Shown: in pieces, positions 63,928 to 64,000 of the stretch | Layout: the number at the start of each line of letters is the position of its first letter | Position numbering within the stretch: the stretch's first letter is position 1 | Assembly: GCF_001194135.2 (NCBI RefSeq) | Contig: NC_068987.1 | Span: 3,943,993 to 4,007,992, forward strand | DNA: 64,000 nucleotides | Direction: 5' to 3' | Source of the DNA: Octopus bimaculoides | Lineage: Eukaryota | Notes under the pieces: model-generated | The model's database searches: none | What the model was told of the DNA's origin: nothing | The model's input: only the letters and a program-made list of their open reading frames with translations | Position numbers and translations under genes: made by a program

Positions 63928-64000
63928 TTTGGATTCGTCTGATAATAAAAATTGAAAAGTAAGATCATCATTATCATTAACCCTCTCGTTACCATATTTC

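Noticed and set aside
1-64000. CRISPR arrays, rRNA genes or prokaryote-style operons
   Set aside because: None seen; the sequence is intron-rich animal DNA with no regularly spaced repeat-spacer array.

Overview
AT-rich eukaryotic (animal) genomic DNA with many N-gaps (main ones 5114-5395, 6032-6167, 25170-25785, 30076-30625, 45968-46358). The repeat landscape (several tRNA-derived SINE families, RTE tails ending in (GAT)n, abundant microsatellites) suggests a coleoid cephalopod, probably Octopus; this is inference. I reconstructed three spliced genes by hand with phase-consistent GT-AG junctions. (1) The middle of a TTC17-like TPR gene (+, 9 exons, 1473-24784), lacking its 5' part and its last TPR unit. 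(2) A complete 5-exon gene for a 311-aa secreted PAN/Apple protein with a C-terminal domain I cannot name (+, 37899-44329). (3) A complete 16-coding-exon LARGE xylosyl/glucuronyl-transferase (-, 47545-63927, 727 aa). Mobile DNA includes mariner, Tc1, hAT, Gypsy, RTE, Penelope-like, piggyBac-type and Helentron-type remnants. The most notable signal is a repeat family joining a tRNA-like Pol III head to a minimal type I hammerhead ribozyme. It recurs as head-to-head inverted pairs, and two of these pairs flank a decayed Penelope-like RT/GIY-YIG element inside the large TTC17 intron. Most six-frame ORFs supplied are repeat or gap artefacts.
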